DNA of 64,000 bases. Origin: Halorussus marinus. Lineage in GTDB: Archaea > Halobacteriota > Halobacteria > Halobacteriales > Haladaptataceae. Under the pieces are notes generated by a model. It was not told the DNA's origin. It saw only the letters and a list, made by a program, of their open reading frames with translations, and searched no databases. Position numbers and translations under genes: made by a program. The DNA lies in the NCBI RefSeq assembly GCF_004765795.1, contig NZ_SBIV01000002.1, forward strand, positions 62,001 through 126,000. The letters run 5' to 3'. Positions 1 to 10,340 of this stretch are shown one piece after another (position 1 is the stretch's first letter; each line of letters begins with the position of its first letter).

Positions 1-1972
1 CCGAACAGACCGATTCGAGTTCGGCGTGGTAGTCCCGGAGCGTCTCGCGGCGTTCGGGCGTGGCCGACGGCGAAACCGGGTAGAGCAGTTCGATCTCCGC
101 GCCCACTTGCGCCGCGAGCGCGTTCGCGACTTCGACCTTCAGCGGGTCGTAGGGGCCCCGATCGGTGACGATGCCGAGCACGCCGACGGCGTCGAACCCC
201 CGGTCGTCGACCGCGAGCACGTCGCAGGGCGCGTGGTCGAGGACCCACTCGAAGTCGTTGCGCAACAGACCGAACCGGCGCGGCGTCGAGTCGCGTTCGA
301 GCACGATCACGTCGGTGTCGTGGTGGTCGGCGAAGTTGACGACCGCGTGCTTGGTGTCGTGGCTCACGATCTCGCCGTACTCGACGGGCACGTCGACGTC
401 GGCCGCGAGCCGGTCGGTCCGTTCTTCGAACCGGATGTCGGCCGGCGACTGGGTCGCCGAGGCCTGTTCGAGGGGCGTCTGGTCGGGCACCTCGTCGAAC
501 TGGACCACCCGGACCGTCCCCGAGCCCTGCCTGACGAGGTCGGCCGCGACGCCGAGGAGCGCGGCCTCGCGCTCCTCTGAGGTGTCCTCGGTGACGGGGA
601 CGAGCACCTCGTAGCCGCCGGCGCCGTCGACCGCCGAGCGGGTCCGTTCGACGACGCGCCGGCCCATCGACCGCCTGACGGCGTCTCTGGCGACGCCCTC
701 GCGGTCGATGCGGTCGCGGACGTAGACGACGTACCACACCGCCGATCCCGCGATGATAGCCGCCGACCCGAGCAGCGCCACGGTCCCCATCTGGGTGAGG
801 AGCGCGAGGCCGCCGACCGCGCCGAACGCCTGCGTCCACGGGTAGAGCGGCGACTCGAACGCCGGGTCGTAGTCCTCGACGTCGCCCTCGCGGAACGCCA
901 CGACGGCGACGTTGATGAGCACGAACACGAGGATCTGGAACGCGCTCGCGAGCTTCGCGATGTCGAGGATCGGGACGAACGCGATCAGCGCGAGCATCAC
1001 CACGCCGGTGAGCGAGATGGCGCGCGTCGGCGTGTTGAACCGATCGCTGACGGTGCTGAGCGAGTCGGGCATCAGCTTGTCGCGGCTCATCGCGAGGGGG
1101 TACCGCGACGACGAGAGGATGCCGGCGTTGGCGGTGCTCACGAGCGCCAGCACCGCCGCGACGACGACGATGACGACCCCGGGCTGGGCGAGCGCGACTT
1201 CCGCGGCGTCGGCCATCGGCGTCAGCGACCCGGACAGCACCTCGCCGGGCACGATCCCGACGACGACGAACACGATGAGAACGTACAGCAACGTCGTGAA
1301 GCCAAGCGAGCCGAGGATCCCGAGCGGGATGTTCCGGTCGGGGTTCTCGACTTCCTCGGCGACGCTGGCGATCTTCGTCACACCCGCGTAGGAGACGAAC
1401 ACGAGTCCGGTCGCGGCGAACAGTCCGCCGGCGCCCTTCGCGAAAAAGCCCTCGTACTGGGCGGCCTCGATCGACCCGGCCCCGCCGCCGACGAACCAGA
1501 CGAGCGCGGCGAGCATCGCGGCGACGATGCCGACCTGGAGCCGGCCGGTCTGCTTGGCGCCGAGCATGTTCACCGCGACGAGGAAGGCGGCGAGTCCGAG
1601 CGCCACCGGCTTCACCGGGAGGTCGAACAGTACGACGAGGTACGGAACCCCACCGACGAGCGCGAGCGCGCCCTTGAACGACAGCGAAAACCAGGTTCCG
1701 AGCCCGGCGATGGTGCCCAGTAGCGGGCCCATCCCGCGTTCGATGAAGATGTAGGTCCCGCCGGCTTCGGGCATCGCGGTCGCCATCTCGGCCTTGCTCA
1801 ACGCCGCGGGGAGCACGAGGAGGCCCGCCGCCAGATACGCGAGGATGACCGCCGGACCCGCCATCTTGAGCGCGAGCGCGGGGAGGATGAAGATACCGCT
1901 GCCGATCATCGCGCCGATGCTGATAGCGATCACCGCGAACAGTCCGAGGTCTCGTTCGAGTTCCTTTCCCAT
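1..1972 (-). CDS. APC-family amino acid permease with C-terminal universal-stress-type domain(s); 3' end runs off the window
   Basis: Not in the ORF track. Manual translation from ATG at 1972 gives MGKELERDLGLFAVIAISIGAMIGSGIFILP, the APC TM1 motif. Many hydrophobic segments follow, then a soluble YEVLVPV... USP-like region. Confidence 0.85.
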   Translation of the reverse strand, partial: MGKELERDLGLFAVIAISIGAMIGSGIFILPALALKMAGPAVILAYLAAGLLVLPAALSKAEMATAMPEAGGTYIFIERGMGPLLGTIAGLGTWFSLSFKGALALVGGVPYLVVLFDLPVKPVALGLAAFLVAVNMLGAKQTGRLQVGIVAAMLAALVWFVGGGAGSIEAAQYEGFFAKGAGGLFAATGLVFVSYAGVTKIASVAEEVENPDRNIPLGILGSLGFTTLLYVLIVFVVVGIVPGEVLSGSLTPMADAAEVALAQPGVVIVVVAAVLALVSTANAGILSSSRYPLAMSRDKLMPDSLSTVSDRFNTPTRAISLTGVVMLALIAFVPILDIAKLASAFQILVFVLINVAVVAFREGDVEDYDPAFESPLYPWTQAFGAVGGLALLTQMGTVALLGSAAIIAGSAVWYVVYVRDRIDREGVARDAVRRSMGRRVVERTRSAVDGAGGYEVLVPVTEDTSEEREAALLGVAADLVRQGSGTVRVVQFDEVPDQTPLEQASATQSPADIRFEERTDRLAADVDVPVEYGEIVSHDTKHAVVNFADHHDTDVIVLERDSTPRRFGLLRNDFEWVLDHAPCDVLAVDDRGFDAVGVLGIVTDRGPYDPLKVEVANALAAQVGAEIELLYPVSPSATPERRETLRDYHAELESVCS

Positions 1973-1974
1973 GG

Positions 1975-2457
1975 TCAGCTCTCCCCGGAAGAGCGTTTGA
2001 GGCGGTCGTTGACACCCGACGCGACCAGATCGGAAGCACACACCGCGTCGACGTCGAGGGTTTCGAGCGAGTCGACGCGGTCGGGGTCGTTGACCAGCAT
2101 GAGGATCCTGTCGACGCCGAACCGGGTCCGGAGCAACTGCGCGGCGAGGAGGTTACTGCCGTCGGTCCGCGACGCGACGACCGCGAGCGACGCCTCCCCG
2201 GCGCCGATCCGATCGAGCGTTTCTGCGCTGATCTCTTCGACGTGTCTGGCGGTCACGGTCGATTCGTCGGCTCGTTGGGCCGCCTCCGGCGCCGTGGCGA
2301 GAAACGTCACCTCGTAGTCGGTTGCGAGACGCTCGGCGAGCAGGCGCCCGACGTGACCGCCCCCGACGACGAGGGCACGACGCCGACGGGCGGACCCGGC
2401 GGCGGTCCCCGATCCGACGGCCGACATCAGCCCGGCGGTCGGTCCGTTTCGGGACAT
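1975..2457 (-). CDS. TrkA-N (RCK, NAD-binding) domain protein
   Basis: ALVVGGGHVGRLLA Rossmann motif and D-x-x-NLL motif. Lies directly upstream of the permease. Start could be the downstream MSAVG. Confidence 0.75.
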   Translation of the reverse strand: MSRNGPTAGLMSAVGSGTAAGSARRRRALVVGGGHVGRLLAERLATDYEVTFLATAPEAAQRADESTVTARHVEEISAETLDRIGAGEASLAVVASRTDGSNLLAAQLLRTRFGVDRILMLVNDPDRVDSLETLDVDAVCASDLVASGVNDRLKRSSGES

Positions 2458-2722
2458 TCGAACTCACCTCCTCCGAAGGAAACGGCAGGGATTCTCGGCC
2501 GTGAGTCTAACGTGGTCGGTCCGCGGGCGTCTCTCGACGAACGGTCGAGTCGTAACGATTGCATGGTTCCGTCACCCGACCGTAGACCACGGATAGCAAT
2601 AAATGGATCGGATTAATGCCCGGTCCGTGAATATATTTAGAATATATTGTCGTTTCGGGGATGAGGAATGAGATCGCGACGGCCGTGGCTACCGCGGCTG
2701 GGAATCCGGGGAGAAACGCTCC

Positions 2723-3202
2723 TCAGGCGTCGTCGGCTTCGAACGTCCGGAAGCCCTCGTAGGGGTTCTCGTACTCGTTGCGGATCAGATCCTCGTCCTC
2801 GATTTCGAGCCCGAGCTCGTCGAGCTCCTGGCCGATCCGGCTCAGATCGTCGCCGTCGGTGCCGACGACCTCGATGTGGATGTTCTCGTGGCCGGTCATC
2901 ACCTCGCGGACCGCCACCACGCCCTCGACCTCTTTGGCCCTCTGGGCGAGCGCCTCGCGGTCGGGTATCGGGGCCGAACAGACGATGAGCGTCCGGAGCT
3001 GGAGCCCGGCCGCCTCGTAGTCGACCGCCGGATGGTAGCCGGTGATGATACCGTCGTCCTCGAGCTGGCGGATCCGGTGGCGGACGGTGCTGGCCGACAC
3101 GTCGGCGTGTTCGGCGATGGTGCTCGTCGACGCCTTCCGGGCGTCGCGCTGGAGCATGTGGATGATGTACTTGTCGAGGTCGTCGAGGCGTTCGTCGCTC
3201 AT
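2723..3202 (-). CDS. Lrp/AsnC family transcriptional regulator
   Basis: [22 protein letters not shown]...[22 protein letters not shown], a typical Lrp HTH plus ligand-binding domain. Confidence 0.9.
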   Translation of the reverse strand: MSDERLDDLDKYIIHMLQRDARKASTSTIAEHADVSASTVRHRIRQLEDDGIITGYHPAVDYEAAGLQLRTLIVCSAPIPDREALAQRAKEVEGVVAVREVMTGHENIHIEVVGTDGDDLSRIGQELDELGLEIEDEDLIRNEYENPYEGFRTFEADDA

Positions 3203-3357
3203 ACGTTCGGTGTCGTAGGGCGGCCTCAAAAGAACTGTTCCGTTTTCGCTACCCGGGGATACAGCGACGCCGGTGGCGGCCGGCACGCGGCGGTTCCGGT
3301 GTCGGGACGCCGCGCCCACCGCGAGCGCGGCGACCGGTCGCGCGGAAAATGACCGCG

Positions 3358-3363
3358 TTTAAG
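3358..3363 (+). promoter_or_regulatory. TATA-box candidate for a leaderless aspS transcript
   Basis: TTTAAG 25-30 bp upstream of the ATG at 3388, the usual haloarchaeal spacing. Confidence 0.55.
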
Positions 3364-3387
3364 ACCGGGCCGCGTGAATCGAGAGGT

Positions 3388-4689
3388 ATGCAAGACCGAA
3401 CGTACACCGCGGACGCCGAACCCGGCGACACGGTCACCGTGGCCGGGTGGGCACACGAGATCCGCGACCTCGGCGGCATCGCCTTTCTCATCGTCCGGGA
3501 CACCACCGGCAAGATTCAGGTCAAGTTCGAGAAAGACGAGATGGACGACGACCTGGTCGAGACCGGGACGGACGTCAACCGCGAGAGCGTGGTGAAAGTC
3601 TCGGGCGACGTCGAGGAAGAGCCCCGGGCTCCGACCGACGTCGAGATCGTGCCCGACTCGGTCGAGGTCATCGCCGCCGCCGAGCCCGAGCTCCCGCTCG
3701 ACCCCTCGGGCAAGGTCGACGCCGACCTCTCGACCCGACTCGACAACCGGACCCTCGACCTCCGCAAGGACGAGCAGAAGGCCATCTTCGAGATCCGCGC
3801 GGAGATCCTGCGGTCGGTCCGCGAGGCGTTCCGCGAGCTGGGTTCGACCGAGATCAACACGCCGAAAATCGTCGCGACCGGCACCGAGGGCGGCACCGAG
3901 CTGTTCCCGATCACCTACTTCGGCCAAGAGGCGTTCATGAACCAGTCGCCCCAGCTGTTCAAGCAGCTGATGGTCGGCTCCGGGCTCGAACGCGTCTTCG
4001 AGATCGGGCCGATCTTCCGGGCCGAAGAGCACAACACGCCCCGCCACCTCAACGAGGCGACCTCGATCGACTTCGAGAGCGCCTTCTTCGACTACGAGGA
4101 CGCGATGGACGCCTGCGAGACGGTCGTGAAGGCCGCCTACGAGGGCGTCGCCGAGAACTGTCAGGCCGAGCTCGAAGCGCTGGGCTACGAGGAGTTCGAG
4201 GCGCCGTCGGGCGAGTTCCCCCGGCTGACCTACGAGGAGGCCATCGAGCGCATCAACGCCACGGGCGCGCTCGACGACCAGCTCGTGTGGGGCGACGACC
4301 TGCCGACCGAGGGCGAGACCGCGCTCGGCGACGACGTCGGCTCGCACTACTTCATCACCGACTGGCCCAGCGAGATCAAGCCGTTCTACATCAAAGACCA
4401 CGACGACGATCCGGAGCTGTCGACCGGCTTCGACCTGATGCACCCCTCGATGGAGCTGGTCTCTGGCGGCCAGCGTGAGCACCGCTACGACCGGCTCGTG
4501 GAGGGCTTCGAACAGCAGGGTCTCGACCCCGAGGCGTTCGACTACTACACCAAGATGTTCAAGTACGGCATGCCGCCCCACGCCGGCTGGGGGCTCGGCG
4601 GCGAACGGCTCGTCATGACGATGCTCGGGCTGGAGAACATCCGGGAGGCCGTCCTCTTCCCGCGCGATCGCCAACGGCTGAGCCCGTAG
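3388..4689 (+). CDS. aspS: Aspartate--tRNA(Asp/Asn) ligase, archaeal type
   Basis: OB-fold IRDLGGIAF; class II motifs [17 protein letters not shown] and [15 protein letters not shown]. Confidence 0.97.
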   Translation: MQDRTYTADAEPGDTVTVAGWAHEIRDLGGIAFLIVRDTTGKIQVKFEKDEMDDDLVETGTDVNRESVVKVSGDVEEEPRAPTDVEIVPDSVEVIAAAEPELPLDPSGKVDADLSTRLDNRTLDLRKDEQKAIFEIRAEILRSVREAFRELGSTEINTPKIVATGTEGGTELFPITYFGQEAFMNQSPQLFKQLMVGSGLERVFEIGPIFRAEEHNTPRHLNEATSIDFESAFFDYEDAMDACETVVKAAYEGVAENCQAELEALGYEEFEAPSGEFPRLTYEEAIERINATGALDDQLVWGDDLPTEGETALGDDVGSHYFITDWPSEIKPFYIKDHDDDPELSTGFDLMHPSMELVSGGQREHRYDRLVEGFEQQGLDPEAFDYYTKMFKYGMPPHAGWGLGGERLVMTMLGLENIREAVLFPRDRQRLSP

Positions 4690-4830
4690 GACTCGTTCTG
4701 AGCTGACGTCCGTTTCTGTGGCGTCGCGCCGGAGTCTGCGCTCGGTCGGGGGTCCGCGGTCCGGCTCGAAACGGGCCACCGCGGCCCGAGATTGTAACCG
4801 TTAAACGTGACCGCTCCCGAGATGCGGGCG

Positions 4831-5670
4831 ATGACTGACGACCGAGAGTCGGCGCGGGCGTTCGTGCCGGGCCACGTCACGGGCTTTTTCAGCGTCCACG
4901 ACGCCGACGACCCCGAGCAGGCCGGGTCGCGCGGCGCGGGGGTGACCCTCTCGGAGGGCGTGACCGTCGACGTCGAGCCCGCCGCGGAGACCGCGATGCA
5001 ACTGAACGACGAGCCCGCCGCGATCGAGGCGGTGACGCGAGTGCTCGACGCGCTCGACGCCGAGGCGCGCGTGACCGCCCGGACCGACCTGCCCGTCGGC
5101 GCCGGCTTCGGCGTCTCGGGGGCGACCGCGCTCGGGACCGCGCTCGCCGCGAACCGGGCGTTCGACTGCGAGCGCTCGGCGAACGAACTGATCGCGCTCG
5201 CCCACGCCGCCGAAGTCGAGTCGGGCACCGGGCTCGGCGACGTGGTCGCGCAGGCCCGCGGGGGCGTCCCGATCCGACTCGACCCCGGCGCGCCCGAGTA
5301 CAACCGGCTCGACGGCGTGCCCGCCGCGGGTCGGATCGAGTATCTCACCCTCGGCGAACGCTCAACCGAGGCGGTGCTGTCGGGCAACACCCAACGGCTC
5401 TCGTCGGTCGGGGTCGACATGCTGGTCCGACTGGTCGAGACGCCGACCCTGCCGATGCTGATGGACGCCTCCCGGGAGTTCGCCGAATCGGCCGACCTCC
5501 TCACGCCGGAGGTCGAGGGCGTTCTGGCCGACGTGACCGCCGCCGGCGGCGAGGCCGCGATGGCGATGCTCGGCGAGACCGTGTTCGCGCTCGGGACCGG
5601 CCTGACCGACGCGGGCTACGACGCCGACGCCTGCGAGGTCCATCCCGCGGGCGCGACGCTCCGAAAGTAG
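4831..5670 (+). CDS. Pantoate kinase (GHMP family)
   Basis: AFVPGHVTGFFS, GSRGAG, PVGAGFGVSGA and GTGLGDV motifs; close to the PPS gene. Confidence 0.92.
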   Translation: MTDDRESARAFVPGHVTGFFSVHDADDPEQAGSRGAGVTLSEGVTVDVEPAAETAMQLNDEPAAIEAVTRVLDALDAEARVTARTDLPVGAGFGVSGATALGTALAANRAFDCERSANELIALAHAAEVESGTGLGDVVAQARGGVPIRLDPGAPEYNRLDGVPAAGRIEYLTLGERSTEAVLSGNTQRLSSVGVDMLVRLVETPTLPMLMDASREFAESADLLTPEVEGVLADVTAAGGEAAMAMLGETVFALGTGLTDAGYDADACEVHPAGATLRK

Positions 5671-5707
5671 CGATAGCTTTTCGGTGATCGCGGGCGCGAA
5701 ATCGCGT

Positions 5708-6127
5708 ATGGGCGACCGCAGTCCCGACACCCGCTCCGGGTACGGCGAGGACCCCGACGGCGCGCTCGAAACCATCGCCGTCGGCGCGAGCATGGTACTC
5801 ATGGGGGTGCTTGCGGTCGCGTTGCTCGCCGCGGGCGTCTCGTGGTGGTGGATGGCGTTCCCGATCGGCGGCGGACTGATCCCGCTGGCGGTCGGTCTCG
5901 CCCAGTGGTACCGCGACCGCGGGGTCGACGAGAGCGACGAGCAGGACGCGCTCGACGCGCTTCGGGCGCGGTACGCCCGCGGCGAACTCACCGAGGCGGA
6001 GTTCGAGAGCCGGCTCGAACGCCTGCTCGAAACCGAGACCCCCGAGAGCGCCCGGGCGTCGCTCGACCGCGAGCCCGCGGCCGACGAGCGCGACCGGACG
6101 CCCGAACGCGACCCCGAAATCGAGTGA
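5708..6127 (+). CDS. SHOCT-domain membrane protein
   Basis: Two hydrophobic helices followed by ALDALRARYARGELTEAEFESRLERLL. Confidence 0.85.
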   Translation: MGDRSPDTRSGYGEDPDGALETIAVGASMVLMGVLAVALLAAGVSWWWMAFPIGGGLIPLAVGLAQWYRDRGVDESDEQDALDALRARYARGELTEAEFESRLERLLETETPESARASLDREPAADERDRTPERDPEIE

Positions 6128-6194
6128 CGGCGATCGTCCGCCCCGCGGTCGGACGTAACGACGCCTTTTCGGTGATATGGGGCAAGCCACGAGT

Positions 6195-6938
6195 ATGACC
6201 GAGATTCCCGAGGACCACCCCCGACAGGAGTCGTTGCTCACCCGCCACCGCATCGAGGAGGGCGTCGAGAAGGGCATCACCAGCAGACAGGGGCTCATCG
6301 CGGAGGGTCGCGGCGAGGCGTTCGACTACCTGCTGGGCGAGCGCACTCTGCCCAGCGCCGACGACGCCGCGCGGGCGGCCGCGGCCCACCTCCTGCTGGC
6401 CGACCGGCCGGTGCTGTCGGTCAACGGCAACGTCGCGGCGCTCGTCCCGGGAGAGATCGTCGAACTCGCCGAGGCGGTCGAGGCGGACATCGAGGTCAAT
6501 CTGTTCAACCGGACCGACGAACGGATGCGAGCCATCGCCGACCACCTCCGCGAGCACGGCGCCGAGTCGGTGAAGGGACTGGCGGCCGACGCCCGGATTC
6601 CGGGGCTCGACCACGAGCGCGCGAAGGTCGACGCCGACGGCATCCACGCCGCCGACGTGGTCGTCGTGCCGCTCGAAGACGGCGACCGGGCCGAGGCGCT
6701 CGCCGAGATGGGCAAGACCGAGATCGTGATCGATCTAAATCCCCTCTCGCGGTCGGCGCGGTCGGCCGCGGTCCCGATCGTGGACAACATCCTGCGGGCG
6801 GTGCCGAACGTGACCGAGCACGCCCGCGACCTGCGGGACGCAGACGAGGCCGCCTTAGAGCGAATCGTCGCCGAGTTCGACCCCGAGGACGCGCTCCGGG
6901 AGGCCGAGCGCGCGATTCGGCAGGGCGACCTCGAGTGA
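6195..6938 (+). CDS. 4-phosphopantoate--beta-alanine ligase (phosphopantothenate synthetase)
   Basis: GLIAEGRGEAFDYLLGE, SVNGN, VPLEDGDR and IDLNPLSRS motifs. Confidence 0.93.
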   Translation: MTEIPEDHPRQESLLTRHRIEEGVEKGITSRQGLIAEGRGEAFDYLLGERTLPSADDAARAAAAHLLLADRPVLSVNGNVAALVPGEIVELAEAVEADIEVNLFNRTDERMRAIADHLREHGAESVKGLAADARIPGLDHERAKVDADGIHAADVVVVPLEDGDRAEALAEMGKTEIVIDLNPLSRSARSAAVPIVDNILRAVPNVTEHARDLRDADEAALERIVAEFDPEDALREAERAIRQGDLE

Positions 6939-7014
6939 CGGCGGCGTCGCTTTCGGCCGGAGCGGTCCGTAAAAATCGCTATATCGCGTCCCGTGCGGGA
7001 CGTTGTGTTCCGAC

Positions 7015-7212
7015 TTACGCGCGGACGACGTTCGTCGCGCGCGGGCCCTTGGGGGCCTGTTCGATGTCGAATTCGATGTCCGTTCCCTCTTCGAGGTCGG
7101 GGCCGCCAACGTCCTCCATGTGGAAGAATACGTCGTCGCCGTCCGCGTCGTCCGTCGAGATGAAACCGTAGCCGCCAGTGTCGTTGAAGAAATCAACAGT
7201 TCCGTTTGCCAT
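7015..7212 (-). CDS. cspA: Cold-shock protein
   Basis: [18 protein letters not shown]...DVFFH...KGPRATNV (RNP1/RNP2). Confidence 0.95.
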   Translation of the reverse strand: MANGTVDFFNDTGGYGFISTDDADGDDVFFHMEDVGGPDLEEGTDIEFDIEQAPKGPRATNVVRA

Positions 7213-7363
7213 TGCAAGTATAGGGAGGCGCCAGCCACGCATAACTGTTCCGAGAGTCGAGGTATCACGGTTTTCGGCGCCTCAAAGCGGTGATTTGCTC
7301 GTCCGGGCGGGCCCGAAGCCGCACCGCAACGACTTTCACCACGCAATAATACTACTAGGTTGT

Positions 7364-8293
7364 ATGCGCGAATTCGACCAGTTCAGCGACGTCGGCGAGG
7401 CGGAAGTGACCCGCGCGATCGGACAGGAGTGGACCGAGGAGTTCATGGACTTCACCGACTCGGACGTGATCATCGTCGGCGGCGGCCCGTCGGGGCTGAT
7501 GGCCGCGAAGGAACTCTCAGACCGGGGCGTCCAGGCGATGGTCGTCGAGAAGAACAACTACCTCGGCGGCGGGTTCTGGCTCGGCGGCTTCCTGATGAAC
7601 AAGGTGACCGTCCGGGACCCGGCCCAGCAGATCCTCGACGAACTCGAGGTCGACTACAAGCCCGCCCAAGACAGCGAGGGGCTGTTCGTCGCGAACGGTC
7701 CCGAGGCGTGTTCCGGCCTCATCAAGGCGGCCTGCGACGCGGGCGCGAAGATGCAGAACATGACCGAGTTCACCGACATCGTGATCCGAGAGGACCACCG
7801 GGTGGGCGGCATCGTGATGAACTGGACGCCGGTCCACGCCCTGCCCCGGGAGATCACCTGCGTCGACCCGATCGCCGTCGAGTCCGACCTCGTCATCGAC
7901 GCGACCGGCCACGACGCGATGGCGGTCTCGAAGCTCGACGAACGGGGCGTACTCGACGCGCCCGGCATCGGCGACGCGAAGGAAAACGCCACCGGGATGG
8001 ACCAGACCGGCGACGACTCGTACGGCGCGCCCGGCCACGACTCACCCGGCCACGACTCGATGTGGGTCGGCGAGAGCGAGGACGCGGTCGTCGACCACAC
8101 GGGGGTCGTCCACGACGGCCTGATCGCGACCGGGATGGCGACCGCGACGACCTACGGCCTCCCGCGGATGGGCCCGACCTTCGGCGCGATGCTGGTGTCG
8201 GGCAAGCGTGCGGCTCAGTGTGCCCTCGACGAACTCGGCGTCGACGCCGACCCCGTCGAGATGTCCCCGCCGACCGCGCCCGCCGACGACTGA
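7364..8293 (+). CDS. thi4: Thiazole synthase Thi4
   Basis: [20 protein letters not shown]...TCVDP, DATGHDA and [14 protein letters not shown] motifs. Confidence 0.95.
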   Translation: MREFDQFSDVGEAEVTRAIGQEWTEEFMDFTDSDVIIVGGGPSGLMAAKELSDRGVQAMVVEKNNYLGGGFWLGGFLMNKVTVRDPAQQILDELEVDYKPAQDSEGLFVANGPEACSGLIKAACDAGAKMQNMTEFTDIVIREDHRVGGIVMNWTPVHALPREITCVDPIAVESDLVIDATGHDAMAVSKLDERGVLDAPGIGDAKENATGMDQTGDDSYGAPGHDSPGHDSMWVGESEDAVVDHTGVVHDGLIATGMATATTYGLPRMGPTFGAMLVSGKRAAQCALDELGVDADPVEMSPPTAPADD

Positions 8294-8416
8294 GCCCCGA
8301 CCTCGACGGCCCAGAACCGACCCCGCTGACGACCGACCCCCGACCGGCCGACCGCGCGATCGCCCCGCGTTCGCCGCAAGCCCTACCGTTTTTGCCCCGC
8401 GGTCCGAGCCGAGACT

Positions 8417-9301
8417 ATGGACGTACTCGTCACCGGCGCGACCGGCGCCATCGGGAGTTGGATCGTCGAGCGCCTCGCCGCGGACGGCCACGACGTGGTC
8501 GGCGTCGACCTCGAACGCCCGCCCGGCGACCGGGAGAACGCCCGCTTTTACGCGGCGGATCTGACCGACCAGGGGCAGGCGTGGGAGCTGATCCAGAGCG
8601 AGGACCCCGATCAGGTCGTCCACTGCGCGTCGATCCCGGTCGCGGGCACCCACCCGGGCACCGAGACGTTCCGCAACAACGTCGAGTGTACGTACAACGT
8701 GCTCGTCGCCGCCGGGACGGTCGGCGCCGACGTGGTCTGGACCTCCAGCGAGAGCCTCTACGGGATGCCGTTCGCCCGCGAGCCGTCGCTGCCCGACTAC
8801 CTGCCGATCGACGAGGCCCACCCCAAGCGCCCCGAGGACCCCTACGGCACCTCGAAGCTCGTCGGCGAGGAGGTCGCCGAGATGGTCGTCCGGCGGTACG
8901 GGATCGCGGTCACCTCCCTGCGCCCGTCGTGGGTGAACTACCCCGGCCGCTACGAGGTGTCCGAGGTTCGGGAGGACTTCGACCCCGAGACCGCCGATCG
9001 ATCGGGCAACTTCTGGTCGTACGTCGACGTCCGGGACGTGGTCTCGCTTGTCGCGGCGGCGCTGGCGGCCGATCGGTCCGGCCACGAGGCGTACCTCGCG
9101 GTCGCCGACGACAACTACCTCGGTCGGCCCACCGCCGAGACCGTCGCGGCGGTGTTCGGCGGCCTGCCCGACGACTGCGATCTCGACGGCGAGCAGTCGG
9201 CGTTCTCGACCGCGAAGGCCCGCGAGCGGTTCGGCTGGACCCCCGACCACTCCTGGCGGACGGCCGAAGACGAGTCGGTTCCGGGGCCATCGTTTCGCTG
9301 A
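8417..9301 (+). CDS. NAD-dependent epimerase/dehydratase (extended SDR)
   Basis: TGATGAIG Rossmann motif, SS, and YGTSK catalytic motif. Confidence 0.9.
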   Translation: MDVLVTGATGAIGSWIVERLAADGHDVVGVDLERPPGDRENARFYAADLTDQGQAWELIQSEDPDQVVHCASIPVAGTHPGTETFRNNVECTYNVLVAAGTVGADVVWTSSESLYGMPFAREPSLPDYLPIDEAHPKRPEDPYGTSKLVGEEVAEMVVRRYGIAVTSLRPSWVNYPGRYEVSEVREDFDPETADRSGNFWSYVDVRDVVSLVAAALAADRSGHEAYLAVADDNYLGRPTAETVAAVFGGLPDDCDLDGEQSAFSTAKARERFGWTPDHSWRTAEDESVPGPSFR

Positions 9302-9516
9302 GACCCGGACGCGGAAGTTGGGTCCGTCACCGAAACGAGCGACCGGTTCCGGACTGGTTCCGCATATCTGTCCGATAGTTAGTTTTATTGTTCATTGACC
9401 CCTGTGACCGATTGACAGACACGGAACACGCCTGTCAAGGAGTGTCTGTCATCCCGGGCTGACACCCCGAAACCACTGTTTCGATCCCTCCGGATCCGAC
9501 AGCCCCCGAGCGACTG

Positions 9517-10188
9517 CTACGGGATCCGTCCGCCGGTCACCCGAACCACGCCCAGCGCGTGTTCGGTGTGGGTCGTCTCGTCTGCGCGCGCCCGGAGCGC
9601 TCGCCGGGCGGCGTCGACGCGGTTGTCGAGTACCGTCCACGGCGCGCGCTCGTAGCCGTCCGTGCCGGTCGGCGACGACGCGACGACCAGCCCCCGGAAC
9701 GCCCGGTTGACGGGCCAGCCGAACCACCGCGCGGTCTGGGCGGCGTCGAGCAACGCGATCCGGCCGCCGGGCGCCAGCAGGTCCGCCCACCGGTCGACGG
9801 CCGCGCCGGGGTCCGCGAGCATCCCGACGACGAACGTGGCGAGGACGGCGTCGACCGCCTCGCGAAACTCGACCTCGGCGGCGTCGGCCCGCACGAGGTG
9901 GACGTTCGCCCACCCCTCGCGCTCGATCCGGTCGCGGGCCCGGGCCAACATCCCCCGCGTGAAGTCCACGCCCACGACTCGCCCCTCGGGACCGACCCGC
10001 TCGCGGAGGTGCGGGAGGTTCGCGCCCGTGCCACAGCCCATCTCGACCACGGTGTCGCCGGGTTCGAGCGCCAGCGCGTCGGCCGCCCGCCCGCGGAGCC
10101 GTCCGAGGCCGGGCGTCGAGCGCGCCAGCACGTCGTAGAGATCCGCCCATCTGGCGTAGAACTGCTGGGCCGCCGCCTCGCGTGACAT
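9517..10188 (-). CDS. Class I SAM-dependent methyltransferase
   Basis: VVEMGCGTG motif I, VVGVD and LAPGGRIALLD. Confidence 0.9.
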   Translation of the reverse strand: MSREAAAQQFYARWADLYDVLARSTPGLGRLRGRAADALALEPGDTVVEMGCGTGANLPHLRERVGPEGRVVGVDFTRGMLARARDRIEREGWANVHLVRADAAEVEFREAVDAVLATFVVGMLADPGAAVDRWADLLAPGGRIALLDAAQTARWFGWPVNRAFRGLVVASSPTGTDGYERAPWTVLDNRVDAARRALRARADETTHTEHALGVVRVTGGRIP

Positions 10189-10340
10189 GGAGAGTCATAC
10201 GGCGCCCGACAGGTAAATCGTACGGGCCAAACGGGACGCGAGCGGTCCCGCCTTCGGGCGGCGAAAGGGGAGAAATATATTCCCGTACATTACCTATATA
10301 TTCTTAGGTTTTATACGGTCGTGAAATCGAGGTCCGCGCG

